Made by a program: the position numbers and the translations under genes | Part shown: piece after piece, positions 10,389 to 20,542 of the stretch | Numbering within the stretch: the stretch's first letter is position 1 | How the letters are laid out: each line of letters begins with the position of its first letter | The notes under the pieces: generated by a model | Databases searched by the model: none | What the model was told of the DNA's origin: nothing | What the model saw: only the letters and a program-made list of their open reading frames with translations | Assembly: GCA_963845175.1 (NCBI GenBank) | Contig: CAWJRI010000015.1 | Coordinates: 21,316-85,315, forward strand | DNA: 64,000 nt | Source: an uncultured archaeon | GTDB lineage: Archaea; Nanobdellota; Nanobdellia; Woesearchaeales; CAIVOO01 | Direction of reading: 5' to 3'

Positions 10389-10951
10389 ATGAAAAAATAC
10401 TTGAAATGTTTAACGAGTCAATTGCAGTTAAAGAAGAGACTGCAAAGCTCGCAGGTGAAATAGAAAAATCTGCAAATCTCATAATTGACGCATTCAAGAA
10501 AGGAAAAAAGCTTCTGATATGCGGAAACGGCGGTTCAGCAGCAGATGCCCAGCATTTTGCAGCTGAAATGGTCGGAAGGTACAAAAAAGACAGAAGAGGG
10601 CTTCCGGCAATTGCGCTGACAACAGACACTTCAATCATTACTTCTGTTGGAAATGATTATGGCTTTGATTCGGTTTTTGAAAAGCAGGTTGAGGCGCTTG
10701 GGGAAAAAGGCGATGTTTTATTTTCAATATCTACATCTGGCAACTCGCCGAATGTTTTGAAGGCAATAGAAAAGGCAAAAACCAAAGGCATGAAGACAAT
10801 AGGGCTTAGCGGGAAAAGCGGCGGGAAGATGAAAGGGCTTGGTGACATTGATTTGATTGTTCCATCAGCAAACACGCCGCGCATCCAGGAGTCGCACATA
10901 ACAATAATTCACATAATTTGTGAATTGGTTGAAGGAGGGATGTTCAAATGA
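10385..10951 (+). CDS. gmhA: Sedoheptulose-7-phosphate isomerase
   Basis: [37 protein letters not shown]. Confidence 0.95.
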   Translation: MNEKILEMFNESIAVKEETAKLAGEIEKSANLIIDAFKKGKKLLICGNGGSAADAQHFAAEMVGRYKKDRRGLPAIALTTDTSIITSVGNDYGFDSVFEKQVEALGEKGDVLFSISTSGNSPNVLKAIEKAKTKGMKTIGLSGKSGGKMKGLGDIDLIVPSANTPRIQESHITIIHIICELVEGGMFK

Positions 10952-11922
10952 ATGAATTGATTGCATTGATTAAGAATTTCAAAAACAAGAAAATTCTTGT
11001 TATAGGTGATGTCATGCTTGACAAATACATCTGGGGCTCTGTCACAAGAATAAGCCCTGAGGCGCCTGTCCAGATAGTTGAGGTGAAAAAGGAAAGCTTT
11101 GTTCCAGGTGGAGCAGCCAACGCAGCAAACAACATTGCTGCACTGGGTGCACAGACTTTTATTATCGGCATTGTTGGGAATGATCAGGCAAAAGAGCAAT
11201 TAGTCCATTCTTTAAGGAAAAATAACATTGAAACAGAGTTTGTGACAGATGCAAAAAGGCCTACGATCCAGAAAGTCAGGGTAATGGGGCAGAACCAGCA
11301 GCTCATGAGAATAGATTATGAAAATAAGGAATTTGTTGAAGAGGATGTCGAAGCAAAGGTTATGGACAAAATTACAAAGCTTTTGAAAATGATTGATGCA
11401 GTTCTTATTTCTGACTACAATAAGGGGTTTATGACGAGAAAAATAACAGAATGGCTGATAAAAAAATGCAATGAAAATAAAAAACCAGTTATTGTAGATA
11501 CAAAATCATTAAATAAGGAATTTTTTAAGAACGCAACATTAATGACTCCGAACCACGATGAGGCAAGCAGGCTTGCGGAAATAGAGGAGAAAACAGAAAA
11601 TGATGCGATAAGAATAGGGAATAAGCTAATGAACGAGCTGAACTGCAATGTCATGATAACAAGAGGGGCAAAGGGAATGCTGCTGTTCACAAAGGAAGGA
11701 AAAATAACAGATATCCCGACAAAGGCGAGGCAGGTTTTTGATGTTACAGGTGCAGGCGACACTGTTTCAGCTGTAATGACATTAGGACTTGCTTCAGGGA
11801 TAAGCTTAAAGGATTCAGCGAAAATTGCTAATTATGCGGCAGGGATTGTCGTAGGAAAAGTGGGAACAGCTACTGCTTCAGTTGATGAGCTGAGCGAGGC
11901 GATGAGCTCGGATAAAGAATGA
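10948..11922 (+). CDS. rfaE1: Heptose-7-phosphate kinase (HldE N-terminal domain only, HldA/RfaE1 type)
   Basis: [43 protein letters not shown]. Confidence 0.92.
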   Translation: MNELIALIKNFKNKKILVIGDVMLDKYIWGSVTRISPEAPVQIVEVKKESFVPGGAANAANNIAALGAQTFIIGIVGNDQAKEQLVHSLRKNNIETEFVTDAKRPTIQKVRVMGQNQQLMRIDYENKEFVEEDVEAKVMDKITKLLKMIDAVLISDYNKGFMTRKITEWLIKKCNENKKPVIVDTKSLNKEFFKNATLMTPNHDEASRLAEIEEKTENDAIRIGNKLMNELNCNVMITRGAKGMLLFTKEGKITDIPTKARQVFDVTGAGDTVSAVMTLGLASGISLKDSAKIANYAAGIVVGKVGTATASVDELSEAMSSDKE

Positions 11923-13004
11923 GAAAGTTTGTTTGTTTCTTGGGAAATCTGTATTTCAAGCTTGCGCGCAGAAGAAATGTTCTGGGGGATGTTAAAAAAA
12001 TTGCAGTGATAAAGACAGGCGCAATAGGAGATGTTTTGATGACAACACCTTTTTTGAGAGTTCTCAGGAAAAGATTTCCAAAAGCAAGGATTGTTTATTA
12101 TGTCGGCTCCTGGGCAAAAGACGTGCTTGTTGGAAACAGGAATTTGGATAAGGTTATTGAATTTGACCAGTCAATGTTCTTCAGGAAAAAAATTTTTAGT
12201 GTTTTGAAGCTGGCTAAAGAAATAAGAAAAGAAAAATATGATTTGTGTTTTAGTCTTGACAAGCATTATCTGTTGAATATTTTTGCTTATTTGTGCAAGA
12301 TACCTCTCCGCGTCGGCTTTGACAGGTATGGTGAGGGGTTTGCAAACACATTGAATGTAAGATACGGCCCTGTGAAGCATGAAATTGACTATTATCTTGA
12401 GCTTGCATACAAAGTTGGCGCAAAAATAACAGAAAACAGGAATCTGGAGATGTTTCTCTCAAAAAAAGATACATTATTTGCAGATGAATTTTTTAGGAAA
12501 AATAAAATCAAAAATGCAGTTGCAGTAGCTCCAGGCGGTGCAAAGAACCCCGGCGAGCCGGTTCATTTTGTAAGAAGGTGGCCGCAGGAGAAGTTTTTGG
12601 AGCTGGTGGAAAAGATAAAAAGCCAAGTAATACTTCTTGGCGGTCCCGGAGATATAGAAGTTGCTGAATTTATACTAAAAAATCTGAAAAAAAATAATGT
12701 TTACAGCTTGGTTGGAAAAACATCGCTGAAAGAGGCAGCTGCTGTGATGAAGAAATGCAGATGCGTTGTCTGCTGCGACTCAGGGCTCATGCATATCGCT
12801 TCTGTAGTTAACAAAAGAATCATTTCAATCTTCGGGCCTACAAATCCTGCTCGAAAGGCGCCATTGCACAAGGAATCTGTTGCAATCTGGAAAGACCAGG
12901 ACATCTACGAAGAGGATTATGAGATTTACGGCACAATGAGGATGTCGAAGAAGAAGTTTTTCAGCAAGGTTTCTGTAAATGATATTTTGAGATTTATAAT
13001 ATGA
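11919..13004 (+). CDS. GT9 heptosyltransferase-family protein (WaaF-like)
   Basis: AIGDVLMTTP, RRWP.EKF, DSGLMHIA, IFGPTNP. Confidence 0.9.
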   Translation: MRKFVCFLGNLYFKLARRRNVLGDVKKIAVIKTGAIGDVLMTTPFLRVLRKRFPKARIVYYVGSWAKDVLVGNRNLDKVIEFDQSMFFRKKIFSVLKLAKEIRKEKYDLCFSLDKHYLLNIFAYLCKIPLRVGFDRYGEGFANTLNVRYGPVKHEIDYYLELAYKVGAKITENRNLEMFLSKKDTLFADEFFRKNKIKNAVAVAPGGAKNPGEPVHFVRRWPQEKFLELVEKIKSQVILLGGPGDIEVAEFILKNLKKNNVYSLVGKTSLKEAAAVMKKCRCVVCCDSGLMHIASVVNKRIISIFGPTNPARKAPLHKESVAIWKDQDIYEEDYEIYGTMRMSKKKFFSKVSVNDILRFII

Positions 13005-13075
13005 TAATTGGTATTATGGCAATAACATAGAAAGCTTTTTAAAGTGTGTAAAATATTATTAAGTGGGGTATTAAT

Positions 13076-14761
13076 TTGACTAGAAAAGAAGATATAACTA
13101 TTAATTTAACTGATTTTAAGAAGATAAAAAAGTACCTAAATCTTGAATTTATTGTTCTTGCAATATTCTTTGTGATTATGATTAAATTCGTATTTGTTTT
13201 TGGTGATGGTTACCTAAATCACGAATCTCCGTATAAATTAGTTGCTGGAGATGCTTTCTGGTTCACACAGACCGCAGACAGCGTCTCTGAAACAGGCGGT
13301 ACAAAATATTGGCCAGCATACGTTGAAAATGGTATTGAAAATGCAAGTTTTGAGAGACCACCTTTCTTATTTTTGTCAATGGCCCAGTTTTCTGATTTTG
13401 TCGGCGCTAAAAATTATGATACATTGATACATTATGCATTATTTTTTATTATTTTAAGCATAATTTCTGTTTATCTGCTATTAAGATTATTTAACAAAAA
13501 CATTGCTTTGTTGTCTCTGCCATTGCTGCTGTTTGCATTCAGGTTTCCATTTAATACAAATATCACTTGGGGAGCGCATATGTCAAATATGAATTTATTT
13601 TTTATAATTATTGGACTAATTATCTTCACATTCATAAAAGAAAAATGGATGTTTATTCTATTTTCAATAATTGCTGTTGCTGGTTTTATGTCGCATGGAA
13701 GGGAGAGTGTTTATCTTGGAGGGGTTATAGTTCTTTATTATATTTATGGATTCATCAAAAAAAGATTTGATATGGAATCTTTTAAGCAAATTCTTTTAAG
13801 CGTACCTTTAAGTCTAGTTTTGATTGGTGCGTATATACCATATTTGTTATCTGTTGGAAAAGATAACATCCATTTGACTTGGAAAACAATCATTTTTACT
13901 GCTCCAAATTATCCTACATCATCAGATTTTGGCATATTTAAATACATTTTAATTCTTGGTGTCGTCATTGGTTTATTGTATTTAATATCAGGTAAATCTA
14001 AAAATAAATTAGAAATTCCTATTTTGTTTAGTTTTGTACTAATTTTTGTATCTTTTAGCAATTATGTATTGGGATATACCCAAGCCTTGCAAATAAAGGT
14101 ATTTTCTCCTTTCTTTTATGCACCTTTATTTGCAGTTGCAATTTATTATTTAATAAGTTTAATAAGTAAGAAAGAAGAAACAAACAAAGTATTATTTCCC
14201 GTAATTGTTGTTATATTAATTTTAATTATGCTAGCATTTTATCTCCCACAGGAAGTTCCTGAATATGCAATGTCAAATCCTTATACATGGGATAGCTTTA
14301 ATTGGATAAAAGAAAATACACCCGAAAATTCAACTTTGGTATTTCTTTATGGAGATAATTTCTATCAAGATACGTTATTTCTTTTAGCGAAAAGGAAAGG
14401 AAATTATGTTATACCTGAAAAATATGTAGATAACGTACAAAAAGGTTTGTTAACTTCTAATTTCGAAATGAAGTTGGAAACCATGACATGGGAATATTAT
14501 ATTAGGAAAGGATTGTTTTATAAATCAATCAAATATAATCAACTATTCAATGGCAGTTTATGTGATTTTGATTATATATATTTTAATAAATTAAGCACAT
14601 ACCCCATACTACAGCAATATACTCTTTTAGTAAGGGATACATTGATTAAAGAAGATAATTTTACATTAGTTTATGAAAATGAGCTTGTAAACATACTTAA
14701 AAACAACAAAGTTGGAAGCAAATGCTTTGAGAATAAGGTACTAACTTATGCAAAAACTTAA
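13076..14761 (+). CDS. Putative GT-C fold membrane glycosyltransferase
   Basis: GDAFW loop after TM1, PP motif, about 12 TM, WIKENTPENS at start of soluble domain. Confidence 0.6.
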   Translation: MTRKEDITINLTDFKKIKKYLNLEFIVLAIFFVIMIKFVFVFGDGYLNHESPYKLVAGDAFWFTQTADSVSETGGTKYWPAYVENGIENASFERPPFLFLSMAQFSDFVGAKNYDTLIHYALFFIILSIISVYLLLRLFNKNIALLSLPLLLFAFRFPFNTNITWGAHMSNMNLFFIIIGLIIFTFIKEKWMFILFSIIAVAGFMSHGRESVYLGGVIVLYYIYGFIKKRFDMESFKQILLSVPLSLVLIGAYIPYLLSVGKDNIHLTWKTIIFTAPNYPTSSDFGIFKYILILGVVIGLLYLISGKSKNKLEIPILFSFVLIFVSFSNYVLGYTQALQIKVFSPFFYAPLFAVAIYYLISLISKKEETNKVLFPVIVVILILIMLAFYLPQEVPEYAMSNPYTWDSFNWIKENTPENSTLVFLYGDNFYQDTLFLLAKRKGNYVIPEKYVDNVQKGLLTSNFEMKLETMTWEYYIRKGLFYKSIKYNQLFNGSLCDFDYIYFNKLSTYPILQQYTLLVRDTLIKEDNFTLVYENELVNILKNNKVGSKCFENKVLTYAKT

Positions 14762-15113
14762 CGAGATAATCAAATCAGAGGCAAAAAATATTTTAATATT
14801 TTTAGTGCTGTTCTTCATATTTTGGAAAATAATCTACTATAAAGAATCTGTTTTTGTGATATTGAAATTAACACTTGCGCATTTTTATTTATTCATAATG
14901 CCGGGATATTTACTTATGTTATATTTTTATGAGAAGTTAAATTTTGTTTATCGACTTATATTAGGTATATGCTTAGGATACGCAATACAGAACTTTTTAG
15001 TTTATTACATAAATATATTATTTGATATAAAATTTCAATTGTTTTATAAATATACCCCGATAATTATAATTGTGTTAAGCTTTGTAATAATATATTTTAA
15101 ATTCAAAAAATAA
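14748..15113 (+). CDS. Small 4-TM membrane protein
   Basis: F.MPGY and RL.LG..LG patterns; overlaps the preceding gene end. Confidence 0.6.
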   Translation: MQKLNEIIKSEAKNILIFLVLFFIFWKIIYYKESVFVILKLTLAHFYLFIMPGYLLMLYFYEKLNFVYRLILGICLGYAIQNFLVYYINILFDIKFQLFYKYTPIIIIVLSFVIIYFKFKK

Positions 15114-16038
15114 TAAATTTTTTATAAATCAAATTTTTAATTTCATCATTGGTGGCTATTTTATTTTTTTGAATCACTTTTCTCGTTTTCAGCATTTTAG
15201 GCAAACCTGCAATAGCGCTGAACTTTGATTTTAATATCAAAAGCGGCTTGCCTTTTATGAAATACACCAAAACTAATATTAGCTGCGCTGAAACAATCCA
15301 GAATAAATGCCTCAAAAGAAGTCTGATTGGGTAGTTCTTTAAAATTGTCCAAATGTTGTTCCTATGACCATAATAAACTGCAAAATCTGAAATTCCGCCT
15401 GTTGAGCCTCCATGGATGTGATGAACAACTGATTTTGGGGCAGAGGCGCATTTCCAGCCATTAAGCCTTGCCCTGAAGCCCAAGTCCAAATCCTCTGAAT
15501 AGCAGAAAAAGTCTTTGTCAAAGTATTCACCATCCAGTTTGATGTCTTCAAGCATTTCCTTTTTATAAAGTGCAGAAACTCCGCTCGGGCAGAAAAGCCA
15601 TTTCAAATCTTTCTTGTCTTTTATGTCCCAGGCAAGCCCTGATTTCAGGATCATCAGCCCTAAAGTGTCTATTTTTCCATTCATGTAAAGCGTTTTTGGA
15701 GCGATCATACCTATTCTTTTGTTAGAATCTGCAATTTTGACAAGCTCTTCAAGCCAGTTCCTGTCAACAATAGTGTCGTTGTTCAGCAAAACAATATACT
15801 TTCCTTTTGCCTTTCTGATTCCAATATTATTTCCTTCTGCAAAACCATAATTCTTATTATTTTGTATCACTTTGACATTTGGAAAATTCTTTTTGACAAA
15901 TTCCACAGAATCATTTTTGCTTGCGTTGTCAACCATCAATACTTCAAAATTCTTATAGGTTTGCTTGAAGACAGAGCTAAGGCAGTTTTTTAAAAATTTT
16001 TTCCCATTCCAGTTTACAATTATTACTGAAACTTTCAT
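15103..16038 (-). CDS. GT2 glycosyltransferase (rhamnosyltransferase-like)
   Basis: IIVNWNG, DNAS, NYGFAEGNN, LNNDT, YSEDLDL, RN motif. Confidence 0.9.
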   Translation of the reverse strand: MKVSVIIVNWNGKKFLKNCLSSVFKQTYKNFEVLMVDNASKNDSVEFVKKNFPNVKVIQNNKNYGFAEGNNIGIRKAKGKYIVLLNNDTIVDRNWLEELVKIADSNKRIGMIAPKTLYMNGKIDTLGLMILKSGLAWDIKDKKDLKWLFCPSGVSALYKKEMLEDIKLDGEYFDKDFFCYSEDLDLGFRARLNGWKCASAPKSVVHHIHGGSTGGISDFAVYYGHRNNIWTILKNYPIRLLLRHLFWIVSAQLILVLVYFIKGKPLLILKSKFSAIAGLPKMLKTRKVIQKNKIATNDEIKNLIYKKFIIF

Positions 16039-16550
16039 TTGTATAGTATTGCCTTTATTTCAAGAGCAGGAAAAACTCTTAAAAAACTGTCTTCATAGAC
16101 AGCAGGAAAAAGATTGAACAAAGGCTCTAGAATCCAGTTCCATATTGAAAATCTTTTTCCAAAAATTAGCTTTTTCTTTATTCTTTCAAAATGAAAATCA
16201 AAGTAATACGACATCTCTGAATCTTCAAGGAAGTAATCAAATGTCCTAAATCCGAAAAAATGTCTGTGAGTTGGGTCTGCAAATGCTCCCGAATTAGTGA
16301 AATGAGGAACACGGATAATTAAACAACCTCCTTTCTTAATAATTCTGTGCAATTCTTTCATCACTTTGCTAAGGTCTTCCAGATGCTCCAGTACATGCGA
16401 TGCATATATTTCGTCAAAAGTTCCGCTGCTGAAAGGATACGGAGTTTTATTCAAGTCATGCACAACATCAATTCCCTTCAGCTTTTTGTTGTCAAGATTG
16501 ATATATCCTTCTTTTACATCATTTCCGCAACCAATATTAAGCTTTTTCAT
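16035..16550 (-). CDS. Class I SAM-dependent methyltransferase
   Basis: LNIGCG, HDL, SHVLEHL, VPH, DPTH; start placed at MKKLNIG. Confidence 0.85.
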   Translation of the reverse strand: MKKLNIGCGNDVKEGYINLDNKKLKGIDVVHDLNKTPYPFSSGTFDEIYASHVLEHLEDLSKVMKELHRIIKKGGCLIIRVPHFTNSGAFADPTHRHFFGFRTFDYFLEDSEMSYYFDFHFERIKKKLIFGKRFSIWNWILEPLFNLFPAVYEDSFLRVFPALEIKAILYK

Positions 16551-16558
16551 GCTTGTTT

Positions 16559-17236
16559 TTAAAATGTTTTTCTTGCTTCTTCCAGCCTTTCTGGAGTATC
16601 TGGCGCAGCCCACTTGACATTTTTAATTGGATAAGCCTGCAATTCACCTTCTTCAGCTAATTTTGGAAATACTTCCTTTTCTAATGATATATATCCTTCT
16701 TTTTTGATATTGTCAAATATTTCTGGTGAGAACATGTAAAATCCTGAATTAATAAAACCTTTTTTATGTTCTCCAGTTTTTTCTTTAAATTCTTTTATTT
16801 TTCCATTTTCGATCACAACACTTCCAGAATCAGATATGTCATTTATTTCTATCACAGCAATTGTTGCAACTGGTTGTTTTTTTTCGTGGCACATAAGAAA
16901 ATCTAAAATATCAAAATCCATCATATTATCTCCATTAAATACTAAAAAATTTTCATTTATATTTGGGATTATGTTTAACCATCCTCCTGTTCCTAATGGT
17001 TCATTTTCAATTAAATACTCACAATTGTATTTTTTTTCTTTAATATGCTCAACAACCTTATTTGCACCATGTCCTAAACTAAGTATAACAGAATTCACTT
17101 TATTTTTTGCAAGAAATTTCATTTGGCGGTCTAATATTGTATAATTTTCTTTTAAGGGAGCAAGTATTTTTGGCAAATAATTTATTGAATCTTTAAGTCT
17201 TGTACCTTTTCCACCAGCTATTATTACTGCTTTCAT
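16559..17236 (-). CDS. Sugar-1-phosphate nucleotidyltransferase (HddC/GMPP-like)
   Basis: AGGKGTRL, PK.L, EPLGTGG, NGD, FKEK, INSG.Y, SLE.EVFP. Confidence 0.85.
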   Translation of the reverse strand: MKAVIIAGGKGTRLKDSINYLPKILAPLKENYTILDRQMKFLAKNKVNSVILSLGHGANKVVEHIKEKKYNCEYLIENEPLGTGGWLNIIPNINENFLVFNGDNMMDFDILDFLMCHEKKQPVATIAVIEINDISDSGSVVIENGKIKEFKEKTGEHKKGFINSGFYMFSPEIFDNIKKEGYISLEKEVFPKLAEEGELQAYPIKNVKWAAPDTPERLEEARKTF

Positions 17237-17353
17237 TGCTTAAATCTAAATGTATTAGTTTAAATAGTTTTCTCTTAGTAAACAATAATTTAATAATAAC
17301 TGTAGCTTAAATAATAAAAAGGTTTATAAACTAAATTCTACGAAAAAGTAAAA

Positions 17354-17443
17354 ATGAAAATAGGAATAATAATAGATATACTTGAAATGAAAATAATATT
17401 TATTTACTCTACACTACAGCCAAAGATCAGAAATTTTAAATAG
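17354..17443 (+). pseudogene. Relic glycosyltransferase N-terminal stub(s)
   Basis: TATA box at about 17322, then MKIGIIIDILE-MKIIFIYSTLQPK...stop, two GT4-like starts in 29 codons. Confidence 0.35.
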
Positions 17444-18266
17444 GAAGCATCTGTTTATTGCTGGGAGGATGCCCTACATACTTGCCATTGATTTTTATTC
17501 CATATTTAGGGGGTCTATAAATCTTTTCAATATTCTTAACGCTAAAATTATTCTTAACCAAATCGCATCTTACAAAAAATGCATTAACGCCTGCATCATC
17601 ACATGCTATAAGAGTGTATCCTTTTGAAGCCCCTAGCTTTTTTAATGCCAATAAACTCGCTCCAAAGTAATTAGTGCCGTCTGGATGAAAATAAGGTTTA
17701 TATTCTATGGTTTTGCTTTCATTAGGAGGAATGCTTGAATTATACTCTATAACTACAACCCTGGGAGAGTAGTGCTTAATTGCTTTCCAAATCCAATAAT
17801 CGTTTGAATCTATATCAATGGAAAGCAAATCAAATTCCATTGGTACATTATATTTATGAAATAGCTTATTGATATTCTCTGCAGTCATAAATTCTTTTTT
17901 TACAATCTTCCCATCACCTTTTCCATCCATCCATAAACAATTCCACTTATTTTTTTTAAGATAGACAGAATTACCTTCATTTGGATCTATTCCAAACTCT
18001 ACACAGAAGTTATTGGTTGTTTTTATTTTATCAAATATTATTTTTATTATGCCATCTTCTCCATTTTGAGAATAAAATGTTTGTTCGAACAAATTAATAT
18101 TTTCAATTTTTTTATTTTTCATTAAAAATCTAAGAAATTCTGCGATAATATTTTTGTAAGAAAAACGAAATAATTTATAAAAGTGGACCGCTTTTATTTT
18201 GTTTTTTTTTGATAATTTTGAATAAATCATCCTCAAGTATTTTTTAATCATAAACGCAACAAACAA
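17436..18266 (-). CDS. FkbM-like putative methyltransferase of glycan loci
   Basis: YSQNGEDGII, VEFG, DLLSIDIDSNDYWIW, PRVV.IEYN, GASL.AL, GY.L, NAFFVR. Confidence 0.7.
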   Translation of the reverse strand: MFVAFMIKKYLRMIYSKLSKKNKIKAVHFYKLFRFSYKNIIAEFLRFLMKNKKIENINLFEQTFYSQNGEDGIIKIIFDKIKTTNNFCVEFGIDPNEGNSVYLKKNKWNCLWMDGKGDGKIVKKEFMTAENINKLFHKYNVPMEFDLLSIDIDSNDYWIWKAIKHYSPRVVVIEYNSSIPPNESKTIEYKPYFHPDGTNYFGASLLALKKLGASKGYTLIACDDAGVNAFFVRCDLVKNNFSVKNIEKIYRPPKYGIKINGKYVGHPPSNKQMLPI

Positions 18267-18363
18267 TATTGAGTTTATTAATCTTTCTTAAAACAATGCT
18301 TAGATATCAATTAATGAGAAGAGTTTATATATCTGAGAAACCATCAAATATATAAACCTGAAT

Positions 18364-19566
18364 GTGTCCATAAAGTATAAGAATGATAAAATGAAAACAA
18401 TAATTATGACAACAACAATAAATTGTATAGAAGATATTGATTTAAATAAATTTAAAGATAAAGGACTTGATGGTTGGGCTGTAAGAACTGCGAAACAAAT
18501 ACTTAAGCAAACAAAAAAATATAAAATAGAATGTTGGGCAATAACGACTAAAATAAAAAAACTAATTGAAACTGAGGTGGATGGGGTCAAATACAAATTG
18601 TATCCTTCAATTGGTTTGCCATCAGCTTTTGGAAATAGACAAATCTCAATACCCTTTTTAAAAGATCTTATTGTTAAAATAAAAGAAAAAGATACTTTAC
18701 TCCACTTTCATTCATATCATTGTAATTATTTAAATTATTCAATCCTTTTGTTTTCTAAAAATACTCCCATAATTGCACAACATCACGGATCTACACATCC
18801 ACTAAGCTTAATAAAAAGAAGACCAATATTTACTTTTGCATTTCCTTTATTATTAATCGAAGAATTGATAGAATTTTTTTTATTCAGAAAAATAAAGCAT
18901 TTTTTTGTATTGACAGAAAATGAAAAAAAAGACTTATTACGTTACATCTCTCCAAATAAAATAGAAATACAAACAATGGGGGTTGATTTTAATTCATTTA
19001 AGCCAATAAAGAAAAATATTGCTAAAAAAATATTGAATTTGCCATTAGATAAAAAAATAATATTATATGTTGGCAGATATTTTGAATCAAAGGGAGTAGA
19101 TAAAATTCTAGACGCATTTAAAAAAATAAAGAAAGAAGAAAAAGGTGTTTCATTTATTGTAATAGGGGGTTATAAAAACGATCCTTTATATGGCCGAGTA
19201 AAAAAAGAAGCTACAGCTGAGTTGGGAAAAATAGATATTAAAGAGCTAAAGCAATATTTTAGTGCTGCAGATTGCTATGTTATCTATTGCAATGAAAAAT
19301 GGAGAAAATATGATGGAATGGGTGTAGCGCCAATGGAAGCGCTTGCTTCAGGAACACCAATTGTAAGTACGAACCTAATTCATTGCCCAAAGGAAAGAAA
19401 TTTATTAGGAAAATGTCCAACAAATGAAAAAGAATTAGAAGAAGACATAGTTTATGTTTTGAATTATCCAAACAAATATCTACACTGTAGAGCTATCGCC
19501 AAAAAATATTTTGATTGGAGACCTATAATAAAAAACACCATAAAAGTCTATGATCAATTTTTATGA
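18364..19566 (+). CDS. GT4 glycosyltransferase; probable start 18391
   Basis: GVD, YVGR...KG, DGMG...MEALASGTPIV. Confidence 0.85.
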   Translation: MSIKYKNDKMKTIIMTTTINCIEDIDLNKFKDKGLDGWAVRTAKQILKQTKKYKIECWAITTKIKKLIETEVDGVKYKLYPSIGLPSAFGNRQISIPFLKDLIVKIKEKDTLLHFHSYHCNYLNYSILLFSKNTPIIAQHHGSTHPLSLIKRRPIFTFAFPLLLIEELIEFFLFRKIKHFFVLTENEKKDLLRYISPNKIEIQTMGVDFNSFKPIKKNIAKKILNLPLDKKIILYVGRYFESKGVDKILDAFKKIKKEEKGVSFIVIGGYKNDPLYGRVKKEATAELGKIDIKELKQYFSAADCYVIYCNEKWRKYDGMGVAPMEALASGTPIVSTNLIHCPKERNLLGKCPTNEKELEEDIVYVLNYPNKYLHCRAIAKKYFDWRPIIKNTIKVYDQFL

Positions 19567-19647
19567 ATTAATTGAGGAAATAAATAAAAATAATGAGGTA
19601 TATAAAGCTTACCAAAATTAATACGTGTTAGTGAAAATTATACAAAA

Positions 19648-19765
19648 ATGAACATTGCATTTTAACTAAGAATTAAACCATTTAGACATGCCCAATGCGA
19701 GGTTTACAACAATTCTAAATCTGACTAAAGCGTTGAAGAGCAGATTAGTAAGATTTAAATACTAA
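19648..19765 (+). pseudogene. Degraded GT4-like N-terminal fragment
   Basis: TATA at about 19599, MNIAF-stop, then NHLDMPNARFTTILNLTKALKSR in a shifted frame. Confidence 0.35.
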
Positions 19766-19783
19766 TATTAAAGCTAACTAAAT

Positions 19784-20542
19784 ATGGTTATGAAGTTTAA
19801 GGAATTTAAGAAGCTTGTTATTAAGCCAAGGGAGAAGGAAGTATTCCTGGCCTACTATTTTTTTAGAAAGATATCTGTTTTAATCTCCTATTTTATTATA
19901 AGATTTCTTCCTTTTTTAACAAGCAACGACATAACAACCATCTCACTTATTATTTCAATTATTGGTTTATTTTTCTTCTCATTACAATCTAGTTTATTCT
20001 GGATCATTGGCTCTCTAATGTTTATTCTGTTTCATGTTTTGGATTGTGTTGACGGCGAAGTGGCAAGGGGGAAGAATGAATCTTCTTTTGGTGGACTATT
20101 GTATGATGGCTTAATTCATAATTATGTTAATGGATTTTTGTTCTTTTGGATGTCTATTGGTTTATACAAACTTACAAATAATTTATTATTTTTATATCTG
20201 GGCGGTATCGCAACGATTTCCGCTTTGATGATAACAATAATGGAATTGTTCTTAAATAAGTTAAGTGAAGAACGATCTTTCAAAATAATAGATTTTAAAC
20301 TCATGAAAAAAGCAGGTGCAAGCATTAAAACATTCATACTGTCTTTTTTTGGGATTCTGGGATTTTCAGTTGTTTTATTGGTTGTGTCTTTAGCTGATTA
20401 CTCACTAGGAATTTATTATGGAAAGGAGTTTTATTTGGTAAGATTAGTAACATTTATATTGGCTGGATTATTCACAACATTTGTTCATTTGAATTTCCTT
20501 TGGAAATTCATAAGGAGAATATACAAAGGTGAAAAGAAATGA
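19784..20542 (+). CDS. CDP-alcohol phosphotransferase family
   Basis: SN.IT and DCVDGEVAR...S.GG..YD signature. Confidence 0.88.
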   Translation: MVMKFKEFKKLVIKPREKEVFLAYYFFRKISVLISYFIIRFLPFLTSNDITTISLIISIIGLFFFSLQSSLFWIIGSLMFILFHVLDCVDGEVARGKNESSFGGLLYDGLIHNYVNGFLFFWMSIGLYKLTNNLLFLYLGGIATISALMITIMELFLNKLSEERSFKIIDFKLMKKAGASIKTFILSFFGILGFSVVLLVVSLADYSLGIYYGKEFYLVRLVTFILAGLFTTFVHLNFLWKFIRRIYKGEKK

